DNA of 64,000 nucleotides, taken from a virus. The notes beneath the pieces were generated by a model. That model was not told where the DNA came from. It saw only the letters and a program-made list of their open reading frames with translations, and ran no database searches. A program made the position numbers and the translations under genes. The stretch lies in IMG/VR virus record IMGVR_UViG_3300025674_000024, positions 1-64,000 of that record; one strand, written 5' to 3'. Below, one piece after another: positions 28,082-36,150 of the stretch. Positions within the stretch are counted from its first letter, which is position 1. Each line of letters starts with the position of its first letter.

Positions 28082-29713
28082 TTAGACTTCCTCCACGGTG
28101 AAGATGTGCATCGGCTCGCCCTCAAATGTTTCAACGCGGTGGTTCGTGTATCTATATTTTGTGCCGCCAGGAGTTAGTATCTCTTTCTCGCCGCTCTGAC
28201 CAAAGTTTTCAACTGAAGCTCCGGTTCTATTACGCGTTTCAAAGATAACTCTCGCGCGATCTTGCACGACCTTACCGGTATATCCCGCTGAGATAAGGGC
28301 ACTAGTAGACCACGAAGCCGGTGCGGGATCACTAAAAGTACTCTTAGATTGCGCTGCTGAAATCATCTGATCTAGCGCTGAACTCGGAATGTTAATTCCA
28401 CGGTACTTTTCTACGTCAGGATGGTCCATTCGCGAAAGCATTTGATCGATTCTCTGCGCTTGTTTAGCCCGTATTGAATCGGACCCTGGCTGTTCAACTG
28501 CCCGTCTAATCGCTCGATAGTCATTTCGTGTGAAGTCGACGATGGAGTCAATACCTTTTTGAACTTCACGCTCGTCTCCACCGTATGCCTTAATAAGAGC
28601 TTTTGCCTGTTTAGACGTACCTAATTCACCCCATTCTCCAAAAATCGCTGTAGAGTTCTTATGCGCCCCATTTTGAGAAGGATTAGAGTCAGAATCCAGT
28701 AGTTTGATCATACTCCGCGACATTTCATATTTACTAAACCGCTCATTGGGGTCTAATTTCGCATATTCAATCCGGCGGTCTGCCTCTTCCACCCTGTCTT
28801 TAATCGGTTTCAAAAGCGCCTGTCTTTCTGTCCAAGAAGCCCCACTTTCTAAAAGTTTCATATCGTTCTCTTTCGCGACTTTTAACTCTTTTTTTGCTTG
28901 TGTTCGGTCACGAATTGCCACAGCCATTTCTTTCAGATCTTTCGCATCTCTTAAGTTTATGAGATTGTAATAGCGTTCTTGATTCTCATCAGAATCACCG
29001 GTAGCTTTTTTGCGAAGTTCGCGAAGACTGCTTATTTGATTGTTTATGCGAATTTGTTGGGCTTCTGTGAGTTGTTTAGGCGTAGGTCTTGAGAAGATAC
29101 CTCCCTCAATTGCTTTTCTATCATCAGCGATTCTTTGGAGTTGGTCTCGGATAGTGTACATCCGATCGTCAGCTTCGTCACTTCCCGTCTTTTCAAACTC
29201 TTCCTTAGCTGCTTTCATTGCAGCTTTAAGTCGAGTTTCTGTGGAATTGATTAGCTGAAGAGCCTCTTTTTTCTTCGTCTCAGCGTCAGAACCATCCGTC
29301 TCCTCTTTTACCTTTTGTTCCTCTCTATTTAAGTTCCTACGTGCTTTTTTACTCTTTTCACCAAGCTCTCCGTCTTTCTTCTCATCCTCAGCCCTACCTT
29401 GCTCAGGCTTCTTTTGGCTTTTTACGGGCTTTGGAGCGGGCTTGATCGCGCTAGAGGCCTCTTGAGTTGCTGACGGTTTGAGCCCAGGTTTTTCTGGGTC
29501 CTCCGTCCTAGAAAGTTTCTCAAGTGCTTTCTTTGCCCCGGAGTCTCCAGCTTTTGCTTTAGCCTGCAACTCTTTAATCTCTCTGGGGCCGACCTCCTTG
29601 CCTTTACGGCATTGTCCAGAGGTTCCGTAAAAGCTCCCGTCTGAGCGCTGACATCTTGCAAAGTCAAGGACTTCTAAAGCTTGCTCTGAAAATGTTGAAT
29701 AAAGTCTTTTCAT
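28082..29713 (-). CDS. Cys-motif protein with C-terminal R-S-E ADP-ribosyltransferase (VIP2/Alt-like)
   Basis: KYRG, SWSTS, GEKEIL catalytic motifs; start at ATG 29713 (MKRLYSTFSE), ATGA-coupled. Confidence 0.85.
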   Translation of the reverse strand: MKRLYSTFSEQALEVLDFARCQRSDGSFYGTSGQCRKGKEVGPREIKELQAKAKAGDSGAKKALEKLSRTEDPEKPGLKPSATQEASSAIKPAPKPVKSQKKPEQGRAEDEKKDGELGEKSKKARRNLNREEQKVKEETDGSDAETKKKEALQLINSTETRLKAAMKAAKEEFEKTGSDEADDRMYTIRDQLQRIADDRKAIEGGIFSRPTPKQLTEAQQIRINNQISSLRELRKKATGDSDENQERYYNLINLRDAKDLKEMAVAIRDRTQAKKELKVAKENDMKLLESGASWTERQALLKPIKDRVEEADRRIEYAKLDPNERFSKYEMSRSMIKLLDSDSNPSQNGAHKNSTAIFGEWGELGTSKQAKALIKAYGGDEREVQKGIDSIVDFTRNDYRAIRRAVEQPGSDSIRAKQAQRIDQMLSRMDHPDVEKYRGINIPSSALDQMISAAQSKSTFSDPAPASWSTSALISAGYTGKVVQDRARVIFETRNRTGASVENFGQSGEKEILTPGGTKYRYTNHRVETFEGEPMHIFTVEEV

Positions 29714-30126
29714 TGTTCGTCGGCTCTGTTCATCTGTCCCTTGATCTTCTCTGCCCAGGCTTTGCCGGCATCGCCTCCCCATAACTCCCAAGAAACTTTT
29801 GAAGCGGAGGGTGGGTTGGTAGTGTGGTTCTTCTTGTAGGCGGAGTGACGAGCGAAGAAGCTGACCATGCGACCAATCGTCCCGGGAGAGAGTTTCTGAC
29901 GGTTCTTCAGCGAGGCGGCTCGAGCCACTCCGCTTCCGATCCCGGCTTTCCCGGCCTCCTTAGTCGACAGTCCACCGCGTCCCACTTGTTTGCGCAGAGC
30001 GAGACCGCGAGCGGCGGCATCAGCCACGGACTGGGGAGGGCGGAAGTCTATGTTAGCATACTTCTCCGCCCACTCCGGATTCTCGGCCCACTCGAGAGCC
30101 TCTTCGCTGAAATGTCCGCCAATCAT
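29710..30126 (-). CDS. Putative head-associated protein
   Basis: PP..V...AARGL...GVARA..L...RMVSFFARH...WELWGGDAG.AWA domain common in phage head modules; HFSEEAL leader. Confidence 0.7.
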   Translation of the reverse strand: MIGGHFSEEALEWAENPEWAEKYANIDFRPPQSVADAAARGLALRKQVGRGGLSTKEAGKAGIGSGVARAASLKNRQKLSPGTIGRMVSFFARHSAYKKNHTTNPPSASKVSWELWGGDAGKAWAEKIKGQMNRADEQ

Positions 30127-30728
30127 CGCGCTCTCACGACTTTGTTTTTGATCCCTCTCTTAATGGCTTCCTCAGTCATCGCTCTGCGGCGTTGCTCAGG
30201 AGTCATATTAGCGAGTTCAGCCTCGCGCTTAGCACCTTGGCCGCTCCGCATCTCCACCTTAAGGCGGTCCCCCATGGCCTTTTTGATGATCTTGAGTGTC
30301 CCCTCCTTGGCGTCAATATCTCCTTCATCCACGGCCTTCATCACAGCTTTGTGGATCTTTCCGAGGTGAGCTGTGGTCTCCGCTTTAGCGTACACCTTGT
30401 CAAAGAGTTTGTCGTGTGTGTCTCCCCACGAGTAAGCTTCCGACTTAGCGGCTTCTTTGACCTCGGCCAATGCGGAGGAACTCATAGGCCCTGCGCCACC
30501 CTTGGGAGGCTTCACACCGAGATCCTCAGGGCTCACCTCTTTGCCCTTGCGACACTGGCCTCCAGTGCCGTACTTGGAGCCGTCAGGGCGTTCGCAGGTG
30601 GTGAAGTCGTACGCTTCGGAGAAGCTCTGGGCGCTCTCGTCGTAACTGTCTGAAGCACCGTGCTTTTCAGCGTAAGCCGCATAGAGCTGCTCGATGGATT
30701 CGGGTTTAAAGGTGCCTTGGGGTTTCAC
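30123..30728 (-). CDS. Cys-motif protein, short unknown C-terminus
   Basis: FSEAYDFTTCERPDGSKYGTGGQCRKG. Confidence 0.75.
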   Translation of the reverse strand: MKPQGTFKPESIEQLYAAYAEKHGASDSYDESAQSFSEAYDFTTCERPDGSKYGTGGQCRKGKEVSPEDLGVKPPKGGAGPMSSSALAEVKEAAKSEAYSWGDTHDKLFDKVYAKAETTAHLGKIHKAVMKAVDEGDIDAKEGTLKIIKKAMGDRLKVEMRSGQGAKREAELANMTPEQRRRAMTEEAIKRGIKNKVVRAR

Positions 30729-30831
30729 GGGTCTGAGGTAATTAAGCCTATTTTAAACCATCTAAGCGGGTTACCCACGCTCCTTGATGATCTTGTCGAT
30801 GCGACGAACTTCAACTTTTTGAGCGGCTCAT

Positions 30832-31494
30832 CTACATGCGCTCCATCTTCTTCGCACGAGCGAAGTCGGCTTTTGCCTGAGAGTTACTAGTATAAGCTAG
30901 TGCTCGCATCCATCCCACTAACTCTTTTCTGTCGTAACTATCAAGGATTCCGCCTTGATCTCTACGCTTTTTCAAGAGCTTTTTGATGTTGTCAGCATTG
31001 ATCTTAGCCTGACCCCCCTGCTCTTCTGCTCTCGCAATGGAGCTTTTCACGGCCGGCATAAGCTTTCCTTCGCCACCACTCCCTCTTTCGACGACTCTGA
31101 GGATTGTGCGAGAGTCTTTAGACGCTTCTTTTTTGATAGCCTCGAGCTCACTTAGCGTCTTCTCGTCGCCAGCACGGCGCTGAGCTGCTCGCTCGAACAT
31201 CCCCTTGGTCTTAGCGGCAGCGGTGGCCTTGTCCTTTTCGCGGCGCATGACGGCTGGGTTGCTGGCCGCGCCCTGCTTGAGCTTCTCGGTGGGGGTCATC
31301 TCTTTCGCCCCAGCCTCCTTGCCCTTGCGGCACTGACCGCCAGTTCCGTAGAAGCTACCGTCGGGGCGCTGACAGCGGGCGAAGTCGTAGGCCTCGGCGT
31401 AGGCCAGTTGGTCCTCGGGATTCTCCGAGTACTTGAGTTCGGCGAGGGCTTTGGCGGCGGCCAACGCTTCGTCTGTGAAACGGTCTTTCCGCAT
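30832..31494 (-). CDS. Cys-motif protein, basic helical C-terminus
   Basis: YAEAYDFARCQRPDGSFYGTGGQCRKG; GGGTAAAA at 31531-31538. Confidence 0.75.
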   Translation of the reverse strand: MRKDRFTDEALAAAKALAELKYSENPEDQLAYAEAYDFARCQRPDGSFYGTGGQCRKGKEAGAKEMTPTEKLKQGAASNPAVMRREKDKATAAAKTKGMFERAAQRRAGDEKTLSELEAIKKEASKDSRTILRVVERGSGGEGKLMPAVKSSIARAEEQGGQAKINADNIKKLLKKRRDQGGILDSYDRKELVGWMRALAYTSNSQAKADFARAKKMERM

Positions 31495-31554
31495 GAGTCT
31501 GCTTTAATAGGAATGGGTTCCTCTTTTGGGTTTTACCCATTTCAATTATACACT

Positions 31555-31577
31555 AAAAAGCCCGGGCCTCCCTGGGC
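31555..31577 (-). terminator. Rho-independent terminator
   Basis: GCCCAGG-gagg-CCCGGGC-TTTTT. Confidence 0.7.
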
Positions 31578-31596
31578 CAAACTACTATGAGGAGTT

Positions 31597-32253
31597 TCAA
31601 TCGTCGTATCTAGCTAAGACGTGAAAGACTGAGGAGTTCTTAAGTCTTATGGACTCAGCAACGTACAAGTCTGGATCAACAATTTGCTCGAACGAGTACC
31701 CCAAAGACAAAAGCTTAACCATGTTCCCGTACGTTTTCCATTTCTTCTTTCCTAGAGCTTTAGCTATGCGATATCCCGTGGAATGCCCGCTAAGATACTC
31801 TCCCCATGCCGCCTCATACTCCCCCTCGGTCCAATGCTTCCTCTTTGAAGCCGCGGCTCTTTGAGCCTTTATCGCCTGAGAATCAGAATACTCTGGCGTC
31901 CCCCTGTGCTTATCGTGCATTTTCCTCGCTCGTTCTTGAGCTGGTTTCCACATCAAGCCTTTACTTTTTGCCTCCTTGATCTTTTCCATTAAGGCTAAAC
32001 TTCCTCTTTCTCCGCCCTTCATTGCTGCTTCCACTAAGGGAAGATAGGAGTCTTTGCCATGCCAAACATGAGCGTGAAAACTTGGAGAGCAAACGTACAG
32101 ATTGCTTGGGTCATTAGTTCCACCTTGACTTTGAGGGATGCGATGGTGAACGTGCATCCCTTTCATCTGCTGATCCGTAAGACCCCAGTTCTCTTGAGCT
32201 ATAGCCCTATAGTGTCTACGATCAACTTTGACTAGGCTAGACTCCTTCTTCAT
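31597..32253 (-). CDS. Free-standing HNH homing endonuclease
   Basis: HVHHRIPQSQGGTNDPSNLYVCSPSFHAHVWH; TAATG-coupled to phoH. Confidence 0.88.
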   Translation of the reverse strand: MKKESSLVKVDRRHYRAIAQENWGLTDQQMKGMHVHHRIPQSQGGTNDPSNLYVCSPSFHAHVWHGKDSYLPLVEAAMKGGERGSLALMEKIKEAKSKGLMWKPAQERARKMHDKHRGTPEYSDSQAIKAQRAAASKRKHWTEGEYEAAWGEYLSGHSTGYRIAKALGKKKWKTYGNMVKLLSLGYSFEQIVDPDLYVAESIRLKNSSVFHVLARYDD

Positions 32254-33068
32254 TAGTCTTCGTACCTGCTAAGGATTTTGCCGATCACGGAGTTTCTCAC
32301 TACATCTTCTCGTGTAAACCTCACTCGAGCCACTTCATCAATGTTTGCCAACCGGTGATAAGCGTCTAAGAGGCCGTTGTCTGAGTTGAAAACCTCAAGA
32401 TCAACCTGCTTAGTATCACCAGTGACTACAACTCTAGAGTTTTCAGAAACTCGAGTCAAAACAGTCTTGACATTATGGATAGTACTGTTTTGAGCCTCAT
32501 CAAAGATGATTAGACTATCCGCAAAGCTTCGTCCTCGAATGTCCTCCAGCAGGATTGGCTCAATGAGTTTCTTGTTCATTAGGTACTCAGCTGCACCCTG
32601 AGAGCGCATGATCACTGAGAGATTATCAAACACCGGACCTACTAACGGGGCCATCTTTTCTTCCATAGTTCCAGGAAGAGCACCACGGCCTCTTTGGTGC
32701 ATAACTCCAACGTCAGAACGAAGGTAGAACACCTTATTGATCAAGTTTTTCCTGAGTGCCTCAAGTCCCCAGTGAAGAGCGACAAGAGTTTTACCAACTC
32801 CACTTGGACCAACGGCTATGGTCACAGTATGGTGGTTGATTGCTTCCCACAGATCATCTTGACGGTCAGTCAGAGGATTGAACGGGAGCAGATCCATCGT
32901 GTTGCGGTGGACGTCGCTCAACATCGCAGCTTCTCGGGCCCGACGTTCTTTACGACGCTCTTTGCAGGCTGGCATTATGTTAACGGAATTGAAGGTTTGG
33001 GTGTCGACTCGGACAACTCTTAGGCGATCATGCGAATCACCTCCATTCCCGCTTGATGTAGTATCCAT
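32253..33068 (-). CDS. phoH: PhoH-family ATPase
   Basis: GPSGVGKT, LPGTMEEKMAP, IRGRSF, FDEAQN, TGDTKQVD, DVVRN. Confidence 0.95.
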   Translation of the reverse strand: MDTTSSGNGGDSHDRLRVVRVDTQTFNSVNIMPACKERRKERRAREAAMLSDVHRNTMDLLPFNPLTDRQDDLWEAINHHTVTIAVGPSGVGKTLVALHWGLEALRKNLINKVFYLRSDVGVMHQRGRGALPGTMEEKMAPLVGPVFDNLSVIMRSQGAAEYLMNKKLIEPILLEDIRGRSFADSLIIFDEAQNSTIHNVKTVLTRVSENSRVVVTGDTKQVDLEVFNSDNGLLDAYHRLANIDEVARVRFTREDVVRNSVIGKILSRYED

Positions 33069-33090
33069 GGCTCGAGAGCTTTGGACTCGA

Positions 33091-33162
33091 GAGTTTTACC
33101 CGGAGAGTCCGTGAGGAGAGTAAGAGAGCCGTAAGTGTCCTCTCCTCACAGTGTCCTCTCTC
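33091..33162 (-). promoter_or_regulatory. Second GAGAGGACAC x2 + GGCTCTC + GGGTAAAACTC cassette
   Basis: gtgtcctctc at 33135-33144 and 33151-33160; TTTTACCC at 33094-33101. Confidence 0.55.
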
Positions 33163-34851
33163 CTAGTCAATGCCTACATCGTAACGTATATCCTGTCTCC
33201 CTCCTCTCCCCTTACCGAAGAATAGGCTGCTCTCCGCAGGTGTGAGCAACTCTCTCCTCCTCCCAGTCTTCATCTCTCCGAACTCTTTCATCAGATCTTT
33301 ACGACCCGAGCTCCTGCCTAAGCTACTCCTCAGAGCGTCGTTAAGCTCCGCTCCTCCCCCGTCAAGATGGAACATGTAGTAGGTACACGCCCAGACGACG
33401 GAGTCTGTACGGTCATCATGAGGGACGTGAGGGAACGCTGTGAGTTCCTTGATGAAGTCCTGAACCCACGCCCCATCTACGAACTTCACTCGTTTGGCTT
33501 CAAAGAGCGGGCATATCGTCTGGAGTCGGATCGTCTTGGACTTCAGAGGCTTAAACGGATGGACTTGGATCTTGCTCTCGCGTTCCAGCACCTGAATGAG
33601 TGATTGCCCAGAAGCGGCTTGCTCGATCGTCATGAAGCGTGCGCCATAATACTTCTGAGTCTGCTCCACCATGGCCATGAGGTCTGGGAATCCCCATCTC
33701 CCGTGCACAAGCTCTCGGATGTAGATGTTGTCAGGATCTTTGCGACTAAATCCCGCTACGCATATCACACTCTCGTCAGCCTGTTGCCTCTCGGAGAACG
33801 CCGTGTCGAGTGATAGGTAGGTGATGTCAAACTCCGGACACTCGTCTGGGTCTATGACTTGGACCCACCCGGCCTTGACAATAGAGCCTTCCTGAGCCGT
33901 CGGAGTCCCTTGGTACAACGCGGCGAACTTACTGCTTCCCATCGCGCGCTTTTGCGACAAGAGCATGTCCGTCGTGAAGACGGGGTTTGATGGCCAGTGA
34001 GACTCTCCGTTCTTACGGCCTAGAGGGTCTGTAGACTCGTTCTCGCAGATCCCGGGGATGTTGATCCAACGCCAGCCCGTCGGATTCTCCACCTCATCAT
34101 ACATCCCGTCGCCGTCCATGAGAATCCCGTGAAGGTCTCTTTCATGGAAGCGCGTGCCGATGAGTATTTGCGCCCAGCGGTTGGTGCGGCGTGTGGAAGC
34201 TTGTTCACCCCAGAAAGTCTCAAGACCTTCTAAAGCGGCTCTAGAATCAGACCCCTTCAGTGGGTCATCAATAACGAGGGCCCCAACTCCGGGACTGTCC
34301 ATCGCAGGTGTACCCGCCGTGAAGCCTGTAAGAACTCCTCCCACTGAAGTAGCTAGGATGTATCCCCCTCCTCTTATCCCATACTTTTCATCTGGGATAA
34401 AGCCCTGCCACTCTGGGAATACTTTCGTAAAATATTTATGCCTTAAGTACCCAAAGATCCCTCTATGAAACTTGTTGGAGAGCTGCTGCCCGTACGAAGC
34501 AATGATGTGCTGGGTCTGTTGATCTCTCCCAAGTAGCCATGCTACAAAGAGTTGAGAGAGCATAGACTTCCCAGAACGAGGCGGGCAAGAAACGATAAAG
34601 CGTTGATAGCGCCATTCCGCCACATCTTCAAACCCAGAAGCTATGATTTCATGAAATGGCTCCACCACTAACTTCCCATCAAGCATAAGATCAGAGAAGG
34701 CTAAAAAGCAACTTCTTGCTGCTCTATACTTATAGTCTAAGATGATACTTTTCGGGGCCTCCATGACCGTGAGTTCTTGGAGCCCTCTCTTATAGACTCT
34801 CCAGGAAGAAAACTCTTCTAGTTGAGAGACATGGCTAATGATAGGCCTCAT
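33163..34851 (-). CDS. terL: Terminase large subunit
   Basis: PPRSGKS Walker A, VIDDP Walker B, TRFHERDL, ALYQG, SLDTA, HDDRTDS. Confidence 0.95.
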   Translation of the reverse strand: MRPIISHVSQLEEFSSWRVYKRGLQELTVMEAPKSIILDYKYRAARSCFLAFSDLMLDGKLVVEPFHEIIASGFEDVAEWRYQRFIVSCPPRSGKSMLSQLFVAWLLGRDQQTQHIIASYGQQLSNKFHRGIFGYLRHKYFTKVFPEWQGFIPDEKYGIRGGGYILATSVGGVLTGFTAGTPAMDSPGVGALVIDDPLKGSDSRAALEGLETFWGEQASTRRTNRWAQILIGTRFHERDLHGILMDGDGMYDEVENPTGWRWINIPGICENESTDPLGRKNGESHWPSNPVFTTDMLLSQKRAMGSSKFAALYQGTPTAQEGSIVKAGWVQVIDPDECPEFDITYLSLDTAFSERQQADESVICVAGFSRKDPDNIYIRELVHGRWGFPDLMAMVEQTQKYYGARFMTIEQAASGQSLIQVLERESKIQVHPFKPLKSKTIRLQTICPLFEAKRVKFVDGAWVQDFIKELTAFPHVPHDDRTDSVVWACTYYMFHLDGGGAELNDALRSSLGRSSGRKDLMKEFGEMKTGRRRELLTPAESSLFFGKGRGGRQDIRYDVGID

Positions 34852-34853
34852 CT

Positions 34854-35456
34854 TTATCTTGGGTTCGTGTACCCACCTCTTTGAACTCCGTAATGGAGAT
34901 GATATTCTTTAAAAGTCTCCGAAAGGCTGTCCGCTGGGATCCTCTCCCCGTCTATCAATACGCCGTATCTTGTCAGTCTTCCCTTCCTACGGAAGTACTC
35001 CCAATCTCCGTAGATTTGAAGCTTTTTCTCTTTTTGTATCTTACGGCTTTTATCCGCATTTCTTCTGCATGCTTCTCTCTTCCTTTCCGTCCACACTTTA
35101 CCAGAGGCCTTAGCAGCTTTTGTCATATGACCGGGAATAGAAGCTGTCTTAAGCCCTCCCTTTCTCCCAGCTTCTCTAATGACTGCAAGAGAATAGAAGC
35201 CTCCGCAATTCTCGTTCAAGCACAGAGGATTGTTCAAATGAGGCTTTATCAGCTCTGTCTCAGCTTTTCTTGCATCTTCCCAAGATGAAAAGACTTTTAG
35301 AATCTCTTTTTGTGGGACATATTCATCCCACTTTGCCCTATGAGTTATAGGACTGCCCCAATACTCTTCATCAAAGAATTTCTCTTTATGAACACCGAAG
35401 TAAAAGTAGTCTGAGCCAACAAATGTGATTTTGTACGTGTAGATTCTAGGCTCCAT
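34854..35456 (-). CDS. Free-standing GIY-YIG (Seg-like) homing endonuclease
   Basis: IYTYKITF...FYFGVH...YWGS...AETELI...CLN; AT-rich. Confidence 0.8.
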   Translation of the reverse strand: MEPRIYTYKITFVGSDYFYFGVHKEKFFDEEYWGSPITHRAKWDEYVPQKEILKVFSSWEDARKAETELIKPHLNNPLCLNENCGGFYSLAVIREAGRKGGLKTASIPGHMTKAAKASGKVWTERKREACRRNADKSRKIQKEKKLQIYGDWEYFRRKGRLTRYGVLIDGERIPADSLSETFKEYHLHYGVQRGGYTNPR

Positions 35457-35752
35457 CAGTCTTCTTTGGCGTTACCTTGGGAAAGTTTCTTAATAAGTTC
35501 ATCGACACGTCCACTATATTCTTTAGCGAGCTCTTTTTCCTGCTTAGACTCTGTCTCTTGAATAGAGATTATATCACTAAGGAGATCTCGATGAGCTTTG
35601 AGACTTGAGTTAAATACTTGCACGAGGTCCCTTAACGGAGCCTCACCCATCGTAGCTTCGATGTCTCCGAGAGCTTGCTCCGCGACCTTGAGGACTTTTT
35701 CGGCCAGCTTGGACTTTTGAGCGATGATCCGCTCGTTACGATCTTCAGCCAT
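35456..35752 (-). CDS. Helical protein, terminase small subunit candidate
   Basis: Position upstream of terL (HEG in between); coiled-coil character. Confidence 0.4.
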   Translation of the reverse strand: MAEDRNERIIAQKSKLAEKVLKVAEQALGDIEATMGEAPLRDLVQVFNSSLKAHRDLLSDIISIQETESKQEKELAKEYSGRVDELIKKLSQGNAKED

Positions 35753-35753
35753 G

Positions 35754-35930
35754 TTAGAAACTTCTCCTGCAGCGGGAGCACCCGCGGCCTCTCGTGTTAG
35801 CGTTGTTTCGCACCGTAGTGGGTGGGCTGTGGATCTGCTTCAAGAGCGCCTGCGCTTTCTGCCTGTCACCGTTGTGAAGCGCTCTGTAGTACTCCTTCCA
35901 AAGAAGATCACGCCTAGACGGGTCAATCAT
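35754..35930 (-). CDS. Small basic protein with C-terminal CxxC
   Basis: GAGGAG SD; MIDPSRRDLL...GCSRCRRSF. Confidence 0.6.
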   Translation of the reverse strand: MIDPSRRDLLWKEYYRALHNGDRQKAQALLKQIHSPPTTVRNNANTRGRGCSRCRRSF

Positions 35931-36141
35931 AGCTCTCCTCCTCTTGGTCCATGGTCCCGTAGATCGCGTCAAGCAGTTCGGACAAGGCAGTCTCCTCGTC
36001 CTCAAACTTATCGAGGAAGGATTCTGGGACTTGCTGTGACAGAAGTCGTATGTGCGTCTTCTTAAGCCGCCTGTACTTTTCAGCGTCGATCTGGGAACTG
36101 AAGTCGGAGAGATCCACTCCCGCCCCTGCTACTATGCGCAT
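35923..36141 (-). CDS. Hypothetical protein
   Basis: ORF; GGGTAAAA at 36149-36156. Confidence 0.6.
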   Translation of the reverse strand: MRIVAGAGVDLSDFSSQIDAEKYRRLKKTHIRLLSQQVPESFLDKFEDEETALSELLDAIYGTMDQEEESYD

Positions 36142-36150
36142 GGTGGACTT

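Noticed and set aside
31597-35456. Introns or inteins in terL, phoH or thyX
   Set aside because: The genes are contiguous with all expected motifs; no P/Q/R/S elements or intein termini seen; the endonucleases are free-standing.
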